Origin: Rhizodiscina lignyota
Taxonomy: Eukaryota
Length of the DNA: 64,000 nucleotides
Assembly: GCA_010015805.1 (NCBI GenBank)
Contig: ML978141.1
Coordinates: 186,001 to 250,000, forward strand
Direction of reading: 5' to 3'
In this document: in pieces, positions 1 to 13,606 of the stretch
Layout of the letters: the number at the start of each line of letters is the position of its first letter
Position numbering within the stretch: the stretch's first letter is position 1
Program-made: the position numbers and the translations under genes
Notes under the pieces: model-generated
Told to the model about the DNA's origin: nothing
Seen by the model: the letters and a program-made list of their open reading frames with translations, nothing else
Database searches by the model: none

Positions 1-1851
1 GGGCGGCTGATGGAAGAAGGAAACGAACAAGCAAATCAGTGCGTCTGCTCGCTTTTTGTACATATGGATCCACTCGTGTATCATCGGCGTTTTCCGTTTG
101 TAAATGCCCGAATAGTAGAGGATAGAGCTCGAACTCGAACTTGGTTCTCTTTCGTTCACTTTTACACCTTCTTTTTTTTCACTGTCATAAATCGTGATGA
201 GTGCCACGGGTTGTATGCTGTGTTTGCAGCGCGTTCAATTATTAGCGGAGGCCAGTCGACTCCCACAATACTTACTCTAAAAGCTTGCCTAGAAAGGAGA
301 TGCTCGAAACTGACGACTCGCGTATCTGTGTGTTTACGGAGCGTTCGGGCATACGTGGAGTCTGTCGGACCTGTGCGATATTAACGTCGAAAGCTTCCTT
401 TGGAAGAGAGAGCCTTCTAGTTGACAACCATCATCTCTGCACTCGCAGATGATTTGGGTCTAAGTGGGCTCTATTGAGCTGGGGCTCCATAACATTGACA
501 ACTTCCTTTCGAGAGAAGATAGCCGAAGTTGCCGACCAGCGCATCTATGTGCACGCATACCTTTTGAGCATACTCGGAATGTGTTGAACTTATATGGCAT
601 TTAACGTTGAAGGCTTCTTTCAAGCGAAGGTAGTCAAGGTACTCCAAGTTGACAGTCCTCACGTCTGTGCTCTTGCAGCTGGTTTGGGGATGCGCGGGAT
701 CTATTGAGTTGACGTGGTACGAATATCGAAGAGTGTTGGAAAATGCAGGTCGTCCAAGAGAGCTTCTTCAGCAGCTGTCCGCTTGCGCCATGTTTGATCA
801 TACGTTGCGTCCACTAGACTGTGATGGCTGTAGCATTGAAAGAGTTCTTTGTCGTCCCTTGCATTTTCTAAGCTGTTGTGCCTCTTTCTTGCTCATCTTC
901 TTCCTCCGTGAACGCGAGAAAGCTCTCGAAATCTTTGAGCTGGCTAATGTCCAGAGTGATGGAAATATATATCTTTAAATTGAGTCCTAATAACGCAGCC
1001 ACCATTGTCGTTTTCGATTGCTTTCGTTGCATCAGATGCCGAATTGAGAGGCAGCACATCTCCGCGCTCGCAGACTGTTTGAACATGCACGGGGGCTCCC
1101 GCCAACTCTGATTCTTCTATCACACTTACAACCTTAGACGAATTAGATCCTGCTCACTCGACTTTGGCGGGTTCTCTAGCATGCGATCATGCGATAACAC
1201 GCACTTTCTTAAGGTAACCACACTCATAACACGAGCAACCACAACGATGAAGAAGAGCAGGAGCTCGGATGTTATACGGCACTGGAAACACTCCAAAATA
1301 CATTTAACTCAATGAGTTACCTCCTTGGTACTTGATTTCAGGGGAGCATCCCAAGCCTCTTCTCGGGTATTTGTGTCCATTGCTCGGCCGCAATTTAAGA
1401 AGAATGAAACGAACTTTACGAACGCTTGGAAGGAGAACACTGGCAAGGAAAAGAAATATCAGCATGGAGACATTCCGTGCAATCGTCGAAGCCTCTCACA
1501 GAAATGATCAGGAGAGGTCGAGGTCCCGCAGGTAAATTGACATGAGAGTGAGGCCTCGTATTATCGCCGTTTCGACCCTCGACATATCTGACATACTATG
1601 GATATAAGGGATCTTATGTACAACCTTGTTCGAATAACTTTCAATGACACTAACAGTCGACTCCCTTTGCCTGTCGCCGTCTTGACTCCTACTGCTAATT
1701 CACTCAAGTGTGAGACTAGCAGAGACAAATCGAATTTGCTATATACTCTATTGTTAGACGCAGTTTTTAAAGGTATGCGTCCAACTCTAAGGAACGTGAT
1801 CTTTTCTTTTATACATCATATCCATAGTCATTACACATCATTTATACATAA

Positions 1852-2397
1852 TCAAGTCCTCGCGCGCGACCGTCGTCCAAACATGGCCCAGCTCGGCCGC
1901 CGAGTCTGCTCTTTCAATTCGCCCGGTCCCTCTTGCTGACCTTCAGCATCACCCTCTGTCTCTGGAACGCCAGCCAATCGAGGCTGCTCGCTGCGTCTCC
2001 GCTCCTTCTGTGCCTTCTTTTCCTTCCTGCTCATTGTCTTCGAACCGCCCTTCTCATTCAGGTATTCCTGCATTGTCTTTGTGCCGTAGAAACCGTTCAA
2101 CTGTTGCTCTGCAGTGAAGAATTGCTTCTCTTTTGCAAATTCCGCAAGTGCTTCGTAATATTCGTCGCGCGATGGGAAGCCTCGGTACGGCCTGTCGAGC
2201 TCTGGGACCGATTGGGCACGTTGACGAGCAGCTTTGATTGCGTCTTCTGAGGAGGTAATACCAGAGTCTTTGACAGGGATATTGTCGTCCTGAGTCATGA
2301 TACTCGGCGGCCGAGAAGTTCCCATGATGCTGGCCGGCTGAGAAGGCGCGAGAAGATGCCGCGTATCTGAATCCGTGGAGGGCCCCGCGGTAGCCAT
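1852..2397 (-). CDS. Hypothetical protein (181 aa), probably a conserved fungal protein of unknown function
   Basis: Single ATG-to-stop ORF in a good context (accATGg) with coding-like composition (YYEALAEFAKEKQF...LNGFYGTKTMQEY). No domain recognised. Confidence 0.6.
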   Translation of the reverse strand: MATAGPSTDSDTRHLLAPSQPASIMGTSRPPSIMTQDDNIPVKDSGITSSEDAIKAARQRAQSVPELDRPYRGFPSRDEYYEALAEFAKEKQFFTAEQQLNGFYGTKTMQEYLNEKGGSKTMSRKEKKAQKERRRSEQPRLAGVPETEGDAEGQQEGPGELKEQTRRPSWAMFGRRSRART

Positions 2398-3822
2398 GGT
2401 TGCGGAATGTGGAGCTGTAAGATTGTATTCCAGCGGCGGATTTTGAAGATAGAGAATTGCGAGAAGCTTTCAACTACATTGATTGAGAAGAACCGTCAAA
2501 TACACTACTGCCAAGGTATGAAGTTGAATGAAAGGTAGAGAAACCGTGACATCTACATATCGTCCCACAATGGTAGTTCAGGATTGCTCGCATCGCCACC
2601 TAACGTGATCAGCACGCTTGCAGCAAATCCCGGCTGACGCGGAAAACCAGCAGCCATAGAGCTAACCCCTCGAACACCACGTGCATCAACAAGCGTTCCA
2701 TCCTTTTTCTGAGCGGGATGCTGCAATCAGTATTGTGTCGCGTGCTGTGGGCGCGCACGCGGACCGAATTTGATATCTCCGACAATAGAAACCTTAGAGA
2801 GTGGAAACTGCGCGATGATATGGTGAGAAGAGCCGGATTTAACGCGACTTTGCGTTTGAAAAGAAACGATTTCTGGGGTTGAGCCGGGGTTCATCAGTCT
2901 CTAAGAAATGGTTGGAGTCAGCCAGCAAGGCTCCATTTCCCCTGATCTGAGTGGAAAGGCCATCAACTATCAGCCACGTTTGGCACTCAGCCTGATATAA
3001 AGACGAGCTGCCACCCCCTTTCTCGTCATGAAACACTCAAGTCTCGGTCCGATTTAGTTGCGGAGCGAACCACCGGACAACTCGCTCTGTTAGTCGTCTC
3101 CTTCGGCGATGCCGACTTTGTTTTTCACTGTTGGCATCCGTGCACCGGAGCTGATCTGGACGTCCAACCGCGGCCTCGAAATCGCGCCTTACTACTTGCC
3201 GCTTTCGAGACGTCCTCCGCCTACGAAGTCCAAGAGACTCTCAGTTGAAGTTCTTCATGAGCACAACCTCGGCAGCGCAGTTTCTGGCTGCTTAGTTGAG
3301 ACGCGGAGTACAACCTGCGTCGGTGAATATTAACTACAGCAGACCCCCGAATAAAACGGAGATCCCGATGTCCTCTGTCTAGCTTCAGCAGAGATGAGGT
3401 AATAACTCAATTTGAATTGAAGGTTCCATGTGAATATGGCCAAGGCGTTGTGGAGGATCCTCTGGCGCCCGCTATGAGAACCTTGTCAGCCGTGCCACGG
3501 CCGCAACGTCGGGCCCGTTATCGCTATATATCTCTTTATTTGGCTTACATGTAATCCTCCTCAGTACATCATCTTTCATACTTGGTCACTAAGACCTTCA
3601 CAGCCGCGGTACTTTGCCCTTTCGTTGCGATACGAGCTTTAAGTCTGTCTTGCTTACTTTTTCCCCACCTTCAACTTCCCTTTCCTACAATCTGACACCC
3701 ATCGTTACTGATTACTTTTTACGTCCTTGGGGATGTCCTGTTGCTATTTACCAGGCAACGAACCCGTCGAATAGAGCTGGCGAAACGAACATCCAATATT
3801 CTTCCCACACCAGTTTATCAGT

Positions 3823-5476
3823 ATGGCATACAGCCCGGTCGTCTTTGCGGCGATCAGCCTTCTGGCAGCCCTTATCGGCTTCGCGACATTCAAGCAGGTT
3901 AAACTCTACTACTCACGCCGAAGGCTCGCCCTCGAAAATGGCTGCAAACCCATCCAAGGACGTTTCCCACACAAAGACCCTATCCTGGGCACAGATTACA
4001 TGCGCGAAGGCATGGCAGCCAAGGCGAAATTCAAGGCGCTGGAGCGTGTAAGCGGCCTGTTCGACCGCCTGGGCGCAACATACTCATTCCGCCTCTTCCA
4101 TAAGACCATGGTCATGACCGCGGAGCCAGAGAACATTAAAGCTATTCTCTCTGTCAAATTCAATGACTACGGTAGCGGTAATCGCGCCAAGGTTCTCGGG
4201 CCTTTACTTGGACGCGGCATCTTCACGACAGACGGCGAATCCTGGGCGCACTCGCGAGCCATGATCCGACCCAACTTCACCAGACACCAAGTGTCGAATT
4301 TAGATGCTGTAGAAGAGTATGTCCAGGACATGTTCAAGCTGATTCCACGCGATGGGAGCGAAGTGGATCTGCAGCCCCTCTTTTTCCGGCTCACCATGGA
4401 TAGCGCAACGGAGTTTCTATTCGGCCAGTCGGTGCACTCACTGCGTCCAGATATTCCTGGTATCCCATCTGGCAACGCATTTGCACGAGCTTTCGATCTT
4501 GCGCAATATCACTGTTCCCTGCGATTCCGCATGGGACTGCTGGCTTCGATCAAGGGACAGCCCAAGGAAGACGTCGAGGCGATCCAGACGTGCCACGCAT
4601 ATGTCGAGCGCTTCGTTGATGATGCAATCCGCTATCGGGAAAAGTACAGTTCCGGGGATGGTCCCTCCGAGAAACGGTATACATTCCTCTACGAGCTGGT
4701 AAAAGAGACTATGGATCGCGTTAGGCTAAGGGACGAGGTAATGAATCTACTTCTCGCAGGGCGAGACACAACGGCCAGCTTGCTGAGCAATCTCTTTCAT
4801 CATCTCGCAAAGAGGCCCGAAGTCTGGAAGCACCTTCATGCCGAGGTAGCAACACTAGACGGAGCGCGTCCGGGTTTCGAGCAGCTGAAGGAGTTGACGT
4901 ATCTGCAACGCTGCATCAAAGAGTGTAAGCTTTGACATAACACTCTGAATCCGGGAGTTCGCTGACTGACCGTACCATATACAGCCCTCCGCCTCAACCC
5001 ACCCGTTCCTGGCATTCTCCGTGAGGCAATCAAAGACACCGTCCTTCCTGTCGGTGGCGGCGTCGACGGTAAATCGCCACTCTTCGTCAAACGCGGCACC
5101 CTCTTCTCGCTCTCAGTCTACGGTATGCATCGACGAAAGGATATTTACGGGCCGAACGCAAGAGAATTCGATCCAGATAGATGGGAGAAGCTAAGACCTC
5201 AGGGTTGGGTACGTGATCACTTTATACTACTTCTTGTAGTCGTACCATGCACGAATGCGCTGACTGGGTGTGATGCAGGAATACCTTCCCTTCAACGGTG
5301 GCCCACGAATCTGCATTGGCCAACAATATGCCTTGACCGAAGCGGCATATGTGATAGTGCGCATGCTGCAAGAATATCAGAGTATGGAGAGTCACGATCC
5401 GCTGCCGTGGCTTGAGCAGATGGCTGTGACGTGCTGCTCTGCGAACGGAGTCAAGGTTGCGCTTACGCCTGCTTGA
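3823..5476 (+). CDS. Cytochrome P450, CYP52 clan (alkane/fatty-acid hydroxylase-like), 3 exons
   Basis: Exons 3823-4924, 4985-5208 and 5279-5476, with GT-AG introns. N-terminal TM helix, GIFTTDG, I-helix AGRDTTA, ExxR (ESLR across intron 1), PDRW, and heme motif [10 protein letters not shown]. Confidence 0.93.
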
Positions 5477-6310
5477 ATGTTGGTGATGGGCACGGCGAAA
5501 CGTACGACCATGTATAAATGAGTGTGCGATTGGAGCGTGTGCTCTTAGCATGTTTGTGTGGCTGTAATAGCTGCTGGATATTCGAAGAGATCAATGTCGA
5601 GGTCTGCATGACATAGATGATGTCGACATGATATTAAGCGTGGTTGGAGCTACAAATTGTAGCAAATACGAATTTCTGCCATCTGAGCTGACCATCACCT
5701 TCCAGACAAATCTGATATTGCTCATGATGAAGCGGTAGCCAACCCCATTGAGCCTTGGCACGCTAGCGTTCGGCTTTAAATTTACTTCGTCCTTTGCATC
5801 TTATGCTTAACAGCATAACAACAATGCACATCAGTGCTACTGTCTCCTGATCTGGGTGGACACCGTGTCATTGTGCAGGTCCAAAAAAAGAACGACTTGC
5901 GCAGTGTTCGCAATGTTCAAAACCATGAACCACCGCAGAGAATGCTAATTCAAGATGCTGGAGGAGACGTCCTAGGTATATTGGCTGCGAATGGGTCCAG
6001 ATCTGGTGGTGCAGCCAGGTCAGCTGAACATGATTCTAAGTCAGGCCAGGTCTTTGGTGTCCAATTACAGTCCGACATGTTGCGTTGACGCCACAGTGCA
6101 CCATCACCTTTTGAGGCGCAGAGGGCGCTCTCCAGGGCGCACCTCCGGGCGCACAATCTTCGACATGATGCCTGCTCTTCCAAATATTCTCTTTTCATTT
6201 CTCTTCTCTCACGATGTCCTCATTGCAACCACCTAACTCCTGAAAAACCAGTCAGTTACTCTACTACTCTTTCGAGACACAAAATCGATTTCCCTCCGAT
6301 TTCCACGACC

Positions 6311-7631
6311 ATGTCCTCTGAACAAAGGTACGACTACTTTTTCGAGCACTTTCTCAATGAAAGCATCGCCGATGCTTTTACATTCGGTGAGACTCCTGCA
6401 ACTTCCACTAGCGAATTGCTCCACGAGAAAGAGATGGTCGATCAACACCAAGACAGACAGTTCTTCTACGATGATACAAACACGTCCAACCCGAATCCGG
6501 AATTCGAGTCGCTCGGCGAACCTGGCTACCTTGACTCAGCTTTGGACTTCAACAATCTAGCCGAATGGCAGCCCTCTGCTTCGAATGTGGAGGCCCTCCC
6601 TCAGCCAAATGTCGTAACCAACGTCACTGGAAGTAACCATACATTCCTCGGCACTGGATGCCTTCGCGACTACAACGACACATTCTCAACATTCGCTACT
6701 GGCACGGCTGGTTGTTCTGCTGCTTGGGGTGACAACGTCTACGCACACGCCCTCGAGACGCCCGACATGGGTGCGGTGCAACAGGGACCCGCCAGCGGCT
6801 CATACACGGAGCCAATCGACGTGAGTTTTTTTTTATAGTTCAACGCTAACAGGGCGCACAACAGGCCGCGCCGTACGCTCACGACGAATCGAATTCATTG
6901 GACGGGACGTTGCCGCTGCCATTGCATATGCATGTGGGACCGAGCACCACTCCAATGCCAGCACACGCACCAAAAGTTGATATCAACGTCGAGTGGTCCG
7001 GACCACAGAAATGTGATTGGCCAGCCTGTATCTCCAAGGCAACTTTCCGTTCTCGTTCGACGCTTATGGACCACATCAGAAACATCCATACTTATCCTTT
7101 GCTCTGCACTTATCCAGGCTGTACTCATAAGAAGCTTTTGGAAAGCGATGTGATCTCAGAAGGCACAAGGAGACTATTCACAGCACTAGTCGAGCATATC
7201 CATGCATCGAAAGCAAGTGTGATCATGTGTTCTCGCGGAAGGATAAGATGATGGAACATGCGCGAGACAAACACGAGTTATTCTACTGTTCGCGCAACCA
7301 CTGCTATGTGGTAGTATGTGCAGATCAGAGGCAGTCGCATTCCGAAGAGGGCCATGGACTGTTTGAATGTGCTATTGGTTCCTGCGCATCGGGGGAGAGA
7401 TCGTGCTTCCTTGAGGAGGATATTGATCGACATCTGCGAAGGGTGCATGGCATATGGTTACCGAGTTTGCTAATTAGAACTGCCACTTGTGATACCAAAA
7501 AGACGAAACTGTGCACGTTCAGGCAGGGGCGACAATGCCGGATAAGATGCGTAGAGATTGTCCATCTTGTTTTGCTAGCACGGCCAGCTAAGCACCAGCG
7601 GTGCTCTTGTTCTGGTAGCTTCAGTCAATGA
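6311..7631 (+). pseudogene. C2H2 zinc-finger protein gene with apparent frameshift(s): pseudogene or assembly error
   Basis: Exon 1 6311-6820, intron 6821-6864. Finger CDWPAC...HIRNIH, then CTYPGC. A -1 shift at about 7136 restores FGKRCDLRRHKETIH...CIESKC...FSRKDKMMEHARDKH and further C/H fingers. Confidence 0.7.
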
Positions 7632-8538
7632 AATTTCTCTCCTACATCCGCCTCCAGTACGATCAAGCTGCACAGCTGCACGATAATCTGCTTTTATCGT
7701 GGTCTTTGTAATCAGGCATCTTCATACCCCAAACTACAATCAGTGCAGCTAACTGACTCGCCTCCATCTTCAGTCTGATACGTGAATACTTTCAGGCCCG
7801 GCTTCCCATTCGGCTTGTATAAAATGCTCTACGCCATCTGAACCCCAGATAACGTTTAAGACTACGGTCGCGTGTACATGGTGACAAAATTGCAGCTCAT
7901 GAACACAGAGGCATTCATTTCGCACTTGAACAGCGTGAGGTCTGCTTTCAAGCACCTGCAGGAGAAGCTTGATAGCGTGTTGGTGGACAAGATGAAGAGG
8001 GAAGTTGCAGTTGGGTAGTCGATAACAATGTTTCCGAAGGGCGTTGATGAGGTTTTGGATTGTGATATTTGCTGGCTTGTTAAGATGAACGAGGGGGATT
8101 AGACGACAGAGTCCATAGATGAATTGATCAAGGAAGTGGTGGACTCAGGATGAGGTTATACCCGTTCTTATTCATTTCGTGCCGAAGTATCCCGCAATGT
8201 CCTTTACATAAACTCTGCGAATAGACTAAAATGTTCCTCCGTTGCGCCGGGGTCGCCTTGGTTGCCTCGTCATCCGCGGCATCGCGACAACGACGCTGGG
8301 TTCAAGCCTTTCAGAATCGCCCTCTCCGGACATGTACGATCTCATTCGGACGAGGTCTATTCGTGGACAAGATCTATAGACCGTAGTGGCGGTCCCGTGT
8401 CCGGTTGCAAGTCCTGCTCGTTATCGACGTCTCGTCTGAAGGCTATTTCTGTGATCGAGAGATGTCCCGCGAGACACGGTTATCCTCTTCGACCTCAGAC
8501 TTTAATGATACTCCAAGCATTTCAGCCTTGCCATCTTC

Positions 8539-8823
8539 TCAGCCTTCCTTCTTGCTGAACATCTCTTCCCACGCAATGCCCCACCTCCTCTTAAACACGT
8601 CGACAGTCTGTTCCGCGGTGCGGCCTTTCTCCTTCTCCTCGCGATGGACGCGGTTCGCGGCAGCAAGGACGCCGATTGAGGCAGCGAAGATAGGATCAAT
8701 GGTTCTGTTTTGGAACAATGGAATGTTAGGCATGTGATGCAGCGCAATTTGAATGCGATTCGCCAGTTTGGAAGAATGTGAGGCGCAGACTTACTTCGAT
8801 ATAATGTACATCGGCGCCGCCAT
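8539..8823 (-). CDS. NCE101: Non-classical export protein 1 (Nce101 family), 2 exons
   Basis: Exons 8823-8795 and 8704-8539 (gtaagt...aacag) give MAAPMYIISKTIDPIFAASIGVLAAANRVHREEKEKG, the characteristic YIISKxxDPIFAxxIG pattern. Confidence 0.85.
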
Positions 8824-9767
8824 CTCTGAGTACTGTAGTGCTTAGAGCACGATGTGAGGTCCTGATTAGACGGCCAAAGTAAGTTGATCTTCTGAGGCTG
8901 AATGATATGTGATGGGAACGTATTAGTGGGAGCCTCTTTTGCTATTCAAAGGGCAAGTGCCTCGCTCGTCTCAATGAGGAAAGGCGTAGGATAATCTCCA
9001 AGGCTTAGGACAGGGAATGAACGGATCACTTTTCAGAGATTCAACTTCCTGTTCTTTTCATTGCACTTTGATCAAGATACTTATACTAATGGACAAGCAG
9101 GATGATCACGGTGAATCCCTACAATGAAGCTCCTAGACTACTATAATGGTCCTAGAGTCTTCCGACTCGAATCATAAACAGACGACTAGGCTGCGGATAC
9201 CCTCTGCGGACGAAAGCCAGTCCGTCTCCATGGTGTATGAATCGCCCAATAGCGTAGCATTTCGCCAAGGCGATCACACTAGGTCAAAAGGATCCTGCAT
9301 GAAGAACGAACTGGGAGGATTCTGTAGTCACTCGAGCGTGGCTGTACACGCCATACAAGGGCTGTTGCAGGCTTGGCCTTAAAGCTAGTGTCAGGGTGTA
9401 GGACCACGATTGACGACGACCACTGACGACTATGGTGTGGTGCAGAGAACGCATGTTTTTCAACCTCGTTGTTTCCTTTTTGTTCTTTCATTCGTGTCTC
9501 TTATTTTATCTCATCCCGTCCGCCCAAGGGCGTCGACCTGAGCAAGCGCGTTTTCCCTTCATTTTTTTGGTCCAGGTCACACGACTTTCTTGGTGGGTCG
9601 ATTCAGCCTTGCATCGGGCCTGGCACAAAAGTCTCAATTGCGAAACACCAAAAGACCGGAGTCTACTGTGCGCTTAACGTAGTCATCCCATGAGATTCCG
9701 TGGAAAGCGTGCGGAACGGTTCGACCTGTGGAGATTGAGCTGCTTCAGGTCGAAGCGCACCGCTGAC

Positions 9768-11816
9768 ATGTCGCACCCTGCTTCCATCGACGGCGAGGAT
9801 GATCGCATAGATACAACCAAGAAATCCCCACTAGGGGATGTCCCATTCAAACCTCCACAATATCAATACATCCCACTCCTCGAAGGGCACCAAGAAATCC
9901 GCTTCATGACCCTATTACCCGGAGAAAAATCATCCCCCATCCGCGTCCTCCTCACTCCAGTCCCCTTCCCGTCAAATCCAACCCCAGAAGAAAAATCTCA
10001 CATCCCATCCTTCGAGGCCCTCTCGTACGCCTGGGGATCCGAGCAAGACCAAAGGGAGATCTACGTCGAATCCTGCTATGGCACAGAATCGCTGAACGTA
10101 ACACGCAATCTCGGCGAAGCGCTGCCATGCCTTCGGTACAAGGACCGCTCGCGGATATTCTGGATCGATGCTATTTGCGTGAATCAGAAGGATCCGAAGG
10201 AGCGCAGCCAACAGGTCGGACGCATGGCGGATATCTTTTCCAAGGCCAAAGGGCTGAACGTCTGGCTGGGGTCGAAGAGTGAGGATAGCGATGTGGCGAT
10301 GGATGGTATCGAGACGATGGCGGAGAAAGTGTATTACGACTACGAGACCAGCGAGATATGTGCGAGGCGTGAGTTGGTGCACTCGAATTGGTTGAACGAA
10401 TACGCTCTACGACCGTTTAAGGAGAAGCAGTTTGATGCTCTGTTGAGGTTCTTTAGGAGGAGCTGGTTCGAACGGTTGTGGATCTGGCAAGAGGTTTATC
10501 ACGTCTCGTCTACTATCACTTTGATGTGCGGCATGCGAACCATTCCATGGTCGTATATTTCCGATGCAGCTCCCAGTTTGCGATTCAGTGACTTACCGTG
10601 GGAGGAGAAGGATGTCGAACACCTGTATCACATTGTTTCGTTGTGCAGGACGGTCAAGCAGAAATCCCGATGGCAGTTTGGTTCGCTTATCGACTACACC
10701 AGGACCTGTAAATGCTCCGATCCGCGGGACAGAATATATGCACTGTTGTCGATGCTTCCGGTGGACGAGAACTTGAAAATTGAGCCGGACTATACCAAGA
10801 CCGTTTCGGAAGTCTACAGAGACGCTGCACTAGCGGAGCTTAGGTTTTGGAGGAGATTTGATTTACTTGCTACAGTGGAACACCACGGCGAAGGCCTACG
10901 AGTCCCCTCGTGGGTTCCGGATTGGTCGATCCCAAGAAACGCGAATAAGCTATTTGCTCAGTACGCGTCTCTGCAGACAAAAGCGGAGTTCAAGATGCCG
11001 TGCGCCAATACGTTGGAGGTTGTCGGTGTGATGGTAAGTCAGATCGAGCGCGTAGAACATACCTCCTTCGGCCCGACTCTCCAGGACACCGTCAAAGAGA
11101 TAAAGCGACTCGCCGGTATTTTTCTCGAACCGAACGAGCTCCACGGTGACAAGTTTCGCGCTTTCTGTCTAACGCTCATCACCGTCACGGCGGAGAGCTA
11201 CCATCCTCCTTGGACGATGTACATCTCCACCGCCAGGAACGAGGAGTTACTCAGAGACGTGCTCAGAGGCCGCCTTGACAGGCGCACATCTTTCTCTTCG
11301 ACAATGCAGTCTTTTCTCGAGTGGGTTGCGCATCGCGGCCGTGGGAGGGCTATGTTCCTCACCAAGGATAGGCGAATGGGGCAGGGCACACGGGCTATAA
11401 TAGTGGGAGATTTCGTCGCAGTACTGTGGGGATGCTATTATGCCATGGTCCTGCGACCCACGGACAGCGATAAGGAATACCAACTTGTCGGCGGGGCATA
11501 TTGCCATGGTATTATGAAGGGAGAGGCACTGTTGGGACCGCTGCTGAATGGTTGGGATGTCGTTGAGACGAGGCCTGGGAACGGGATGGGATATGTCAAT
11601 CGTGAGACTGATGTCTTCCAGTACGAAGACCCGAGGTTGAAGGATGTCAACCTGCCTAGAAGGTGGAAGAGGGAGGAAAAAGCGAACGGAAGGGTCGTGT
11701 TCGTGAATGAAGATAGCGGCAGGGAAGTATCTTCTTATTCGGGACGCGATCCCAGATTGACGCCGGAGGCTTTCAAAGAGCGGGGAGCGCCGCTGCAGAC
11801 GTTTCAACTTATCTGA
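9768..11816 (+). CDS. HET (heterokaryon incompatibility) domain protein, HET-6-like
   Basis: Intronless ORF with HET blocks FEALSYAWG, FWIDAICVNQ, QQVGRMADIFSKA and WFERLWIWQE, plus DPRDRIYALL, PSWVPDWS and YQLVGGAYCHGIMKGE. The start may be 9690 or 9768. Confidence 0.92.
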   Translation: MSHPASIDGEDDRIDTTKKSPLGDVPFKPPQYQYIPLLEGHQEIRFMTLLPGEKSSPIRVLLTPVPFPSNPTPEEKSHIPSFEALSYAWGSEQDQREIYVESCYGTESLNVTRNLGEALPCLRYKDRSRIFWIDAICVNQKDPKERSQQVGRMADIFSKAKGLNVWLGSKSEDSDVAMDGIETMAEKVYYDYETSEICARRELVHSNWLNEYALRPFKEKQFDALLRFFRRSWFERLWIWQEVYHVSSTITLMCGMRTIPWSYISDAAPSLRFSDLPWEEKDVEHLYHIVSLCRTVKQKSRWQFGSLIDYTRTCKCSDPRDRIYALLSMLPVDENLKIEPDYTKTVSEVYRDAALAELRFWRRFDLLATVEHHGEGLRVPSWVPDWSIPRNANKLFAQYASLQTKAEFKMPCANTLEVVGVMVSQIERVEHTSFGPTLQDTVKEIKRLAGIFLEPNELHGDKFRAFCLTLITVTAESYHPPWTMYISTARNEELLRDVLRGRLDRRTSFSSTMQSFLEWVAHRGRGRAMFLTKDRRMGQGTRAIIVGDFVAVLWGCYYAMVLRPTDSDKEYQLVGGAYCHGIMKGEALLGPLLNGWDVVETRPGNGMGYVNRETDVFQYEDPRLKDVNLPRRWKREEKANGRVVFVNEDSGREVSSYSGRDPRLTPEAFKERGAPLQTFQLI

Positions 11817-13106
11817 AGGACGACGGGCTTGTACGTGATGTCGATAAATATTGAGAAACAGCACAGCCTCTCGAGACATGGTGGCGGATGCTGGAGTGGG
11901 CTTTATTCAGATCAAAACTCATGCTGGTGGTCGTTTTGGCTGTGCTCGTTTTCGCGGGAAGTCAAAAATTCCACTAGCATTCAGGAGCTCAACCAAGACA
12001 ACCTTCTCAGACTTGCGGTGGATGGAGCTAATTATAAAAAGCATAAGGCACGGCAATGAGAGCACAGGATAAGGCTCGTGGCCACAGGCTCAAAGAAAAA
12101 GATGCAGAAATACTTACGAAGGCACATACCTTTATGGTCGGATAAAGCGTTTGGAATCCTGGAGCTCTTTGAAAAGCATGCAACACATGTCTAACTCTGG
12201 CATGAAGTGGATGGACAAAGGTACGAATGGCTAGCGCCGAGAGTCAGACACGCAGTAGAGGAGACACAGTTCCAAGCAACAGCGTACAGAGCGAGCGTGG
12301 CCAAGCGCGCGATAGGGAGTCGCTCTGAGATACGTGGTCAACCAATCGAAGAGAGAACGCTCGTGAGAGTATGCCGACTTCAACGTTCGGTTGGATACCG
12401 TTCAACATCAAACATATCACCGTAAACGGGCTTGGTTTTTTGGGGGAACAAAAGGAGGACTGTTCGAAATAAATCCATATGTAAACACAACTTCTTGCAG
12501 CCCAAAAAGGTCTGTCTTCGATGGTTCAAGGCCTTCAATTGGAGAGGTTACTATGCAGTTGGACTCGAAGTTAGCGAGACACGTCCCTGGGTTTGAAGAA
12601 CGTCGTTGGCGCGGACATCACGAGTCCAGTGTACACTTTGTAGCCCAGTTTCTTAGCTACGTTCTCAGTGGATGCGAAAACATGGAAACGTGAATTAGGA
12701 AATATGTTCATCACGTCAGAAGAGAATATCCGGATGTGGAGAAGCAGGTTCGCATTCCGTATCCTAAGAGACTAACTCCTAAAAGCCTGGAAGCAAATAT
12801 CCACTCCACTGCATCTTACGCATCCTGCTGCCATGTCCACGCTCATCAGCCCCGGCAGAGCGGTGTAATATTGCCACAGCAGGAGCGCTCTCCAGCTTTG
12901 CCAGGATTTCATTTCCTCATATCAGAACCACCATCGTTGCAATGCCGACCGAACCGTAAGAAAATCAAAAGAATCAGGTTGTTCCATTGTAGGTTTCATA
13001 GCGCGGGAGATCATGTATCGAGCCCGGTCGTTTGAAGAAACCCATCCAGAGAAGTAATCGTCGAAGGCAGCCTAGGCAGAAGCATCGCACGCGAGTTGCA
13101 GGGTAT

Positions 13107-13606
<500 letters not shown>

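Noticed and set aside
1..1800. Short ORFs or possible gene relics at the window start
   Set aside because: No motif, consistent frame or splice model could be built.
7774..8153. Coding-like frame with five internal stops after an acceptor-like site
   Set aside because: Stop density is near random and no family is recognisable.
11920..12210. Intron-like signals on the minus strand downstream of ATG8
   Set aside because: The flanking ORFs are tiny and unrecognisable, so this cannot be supported without RNA data.
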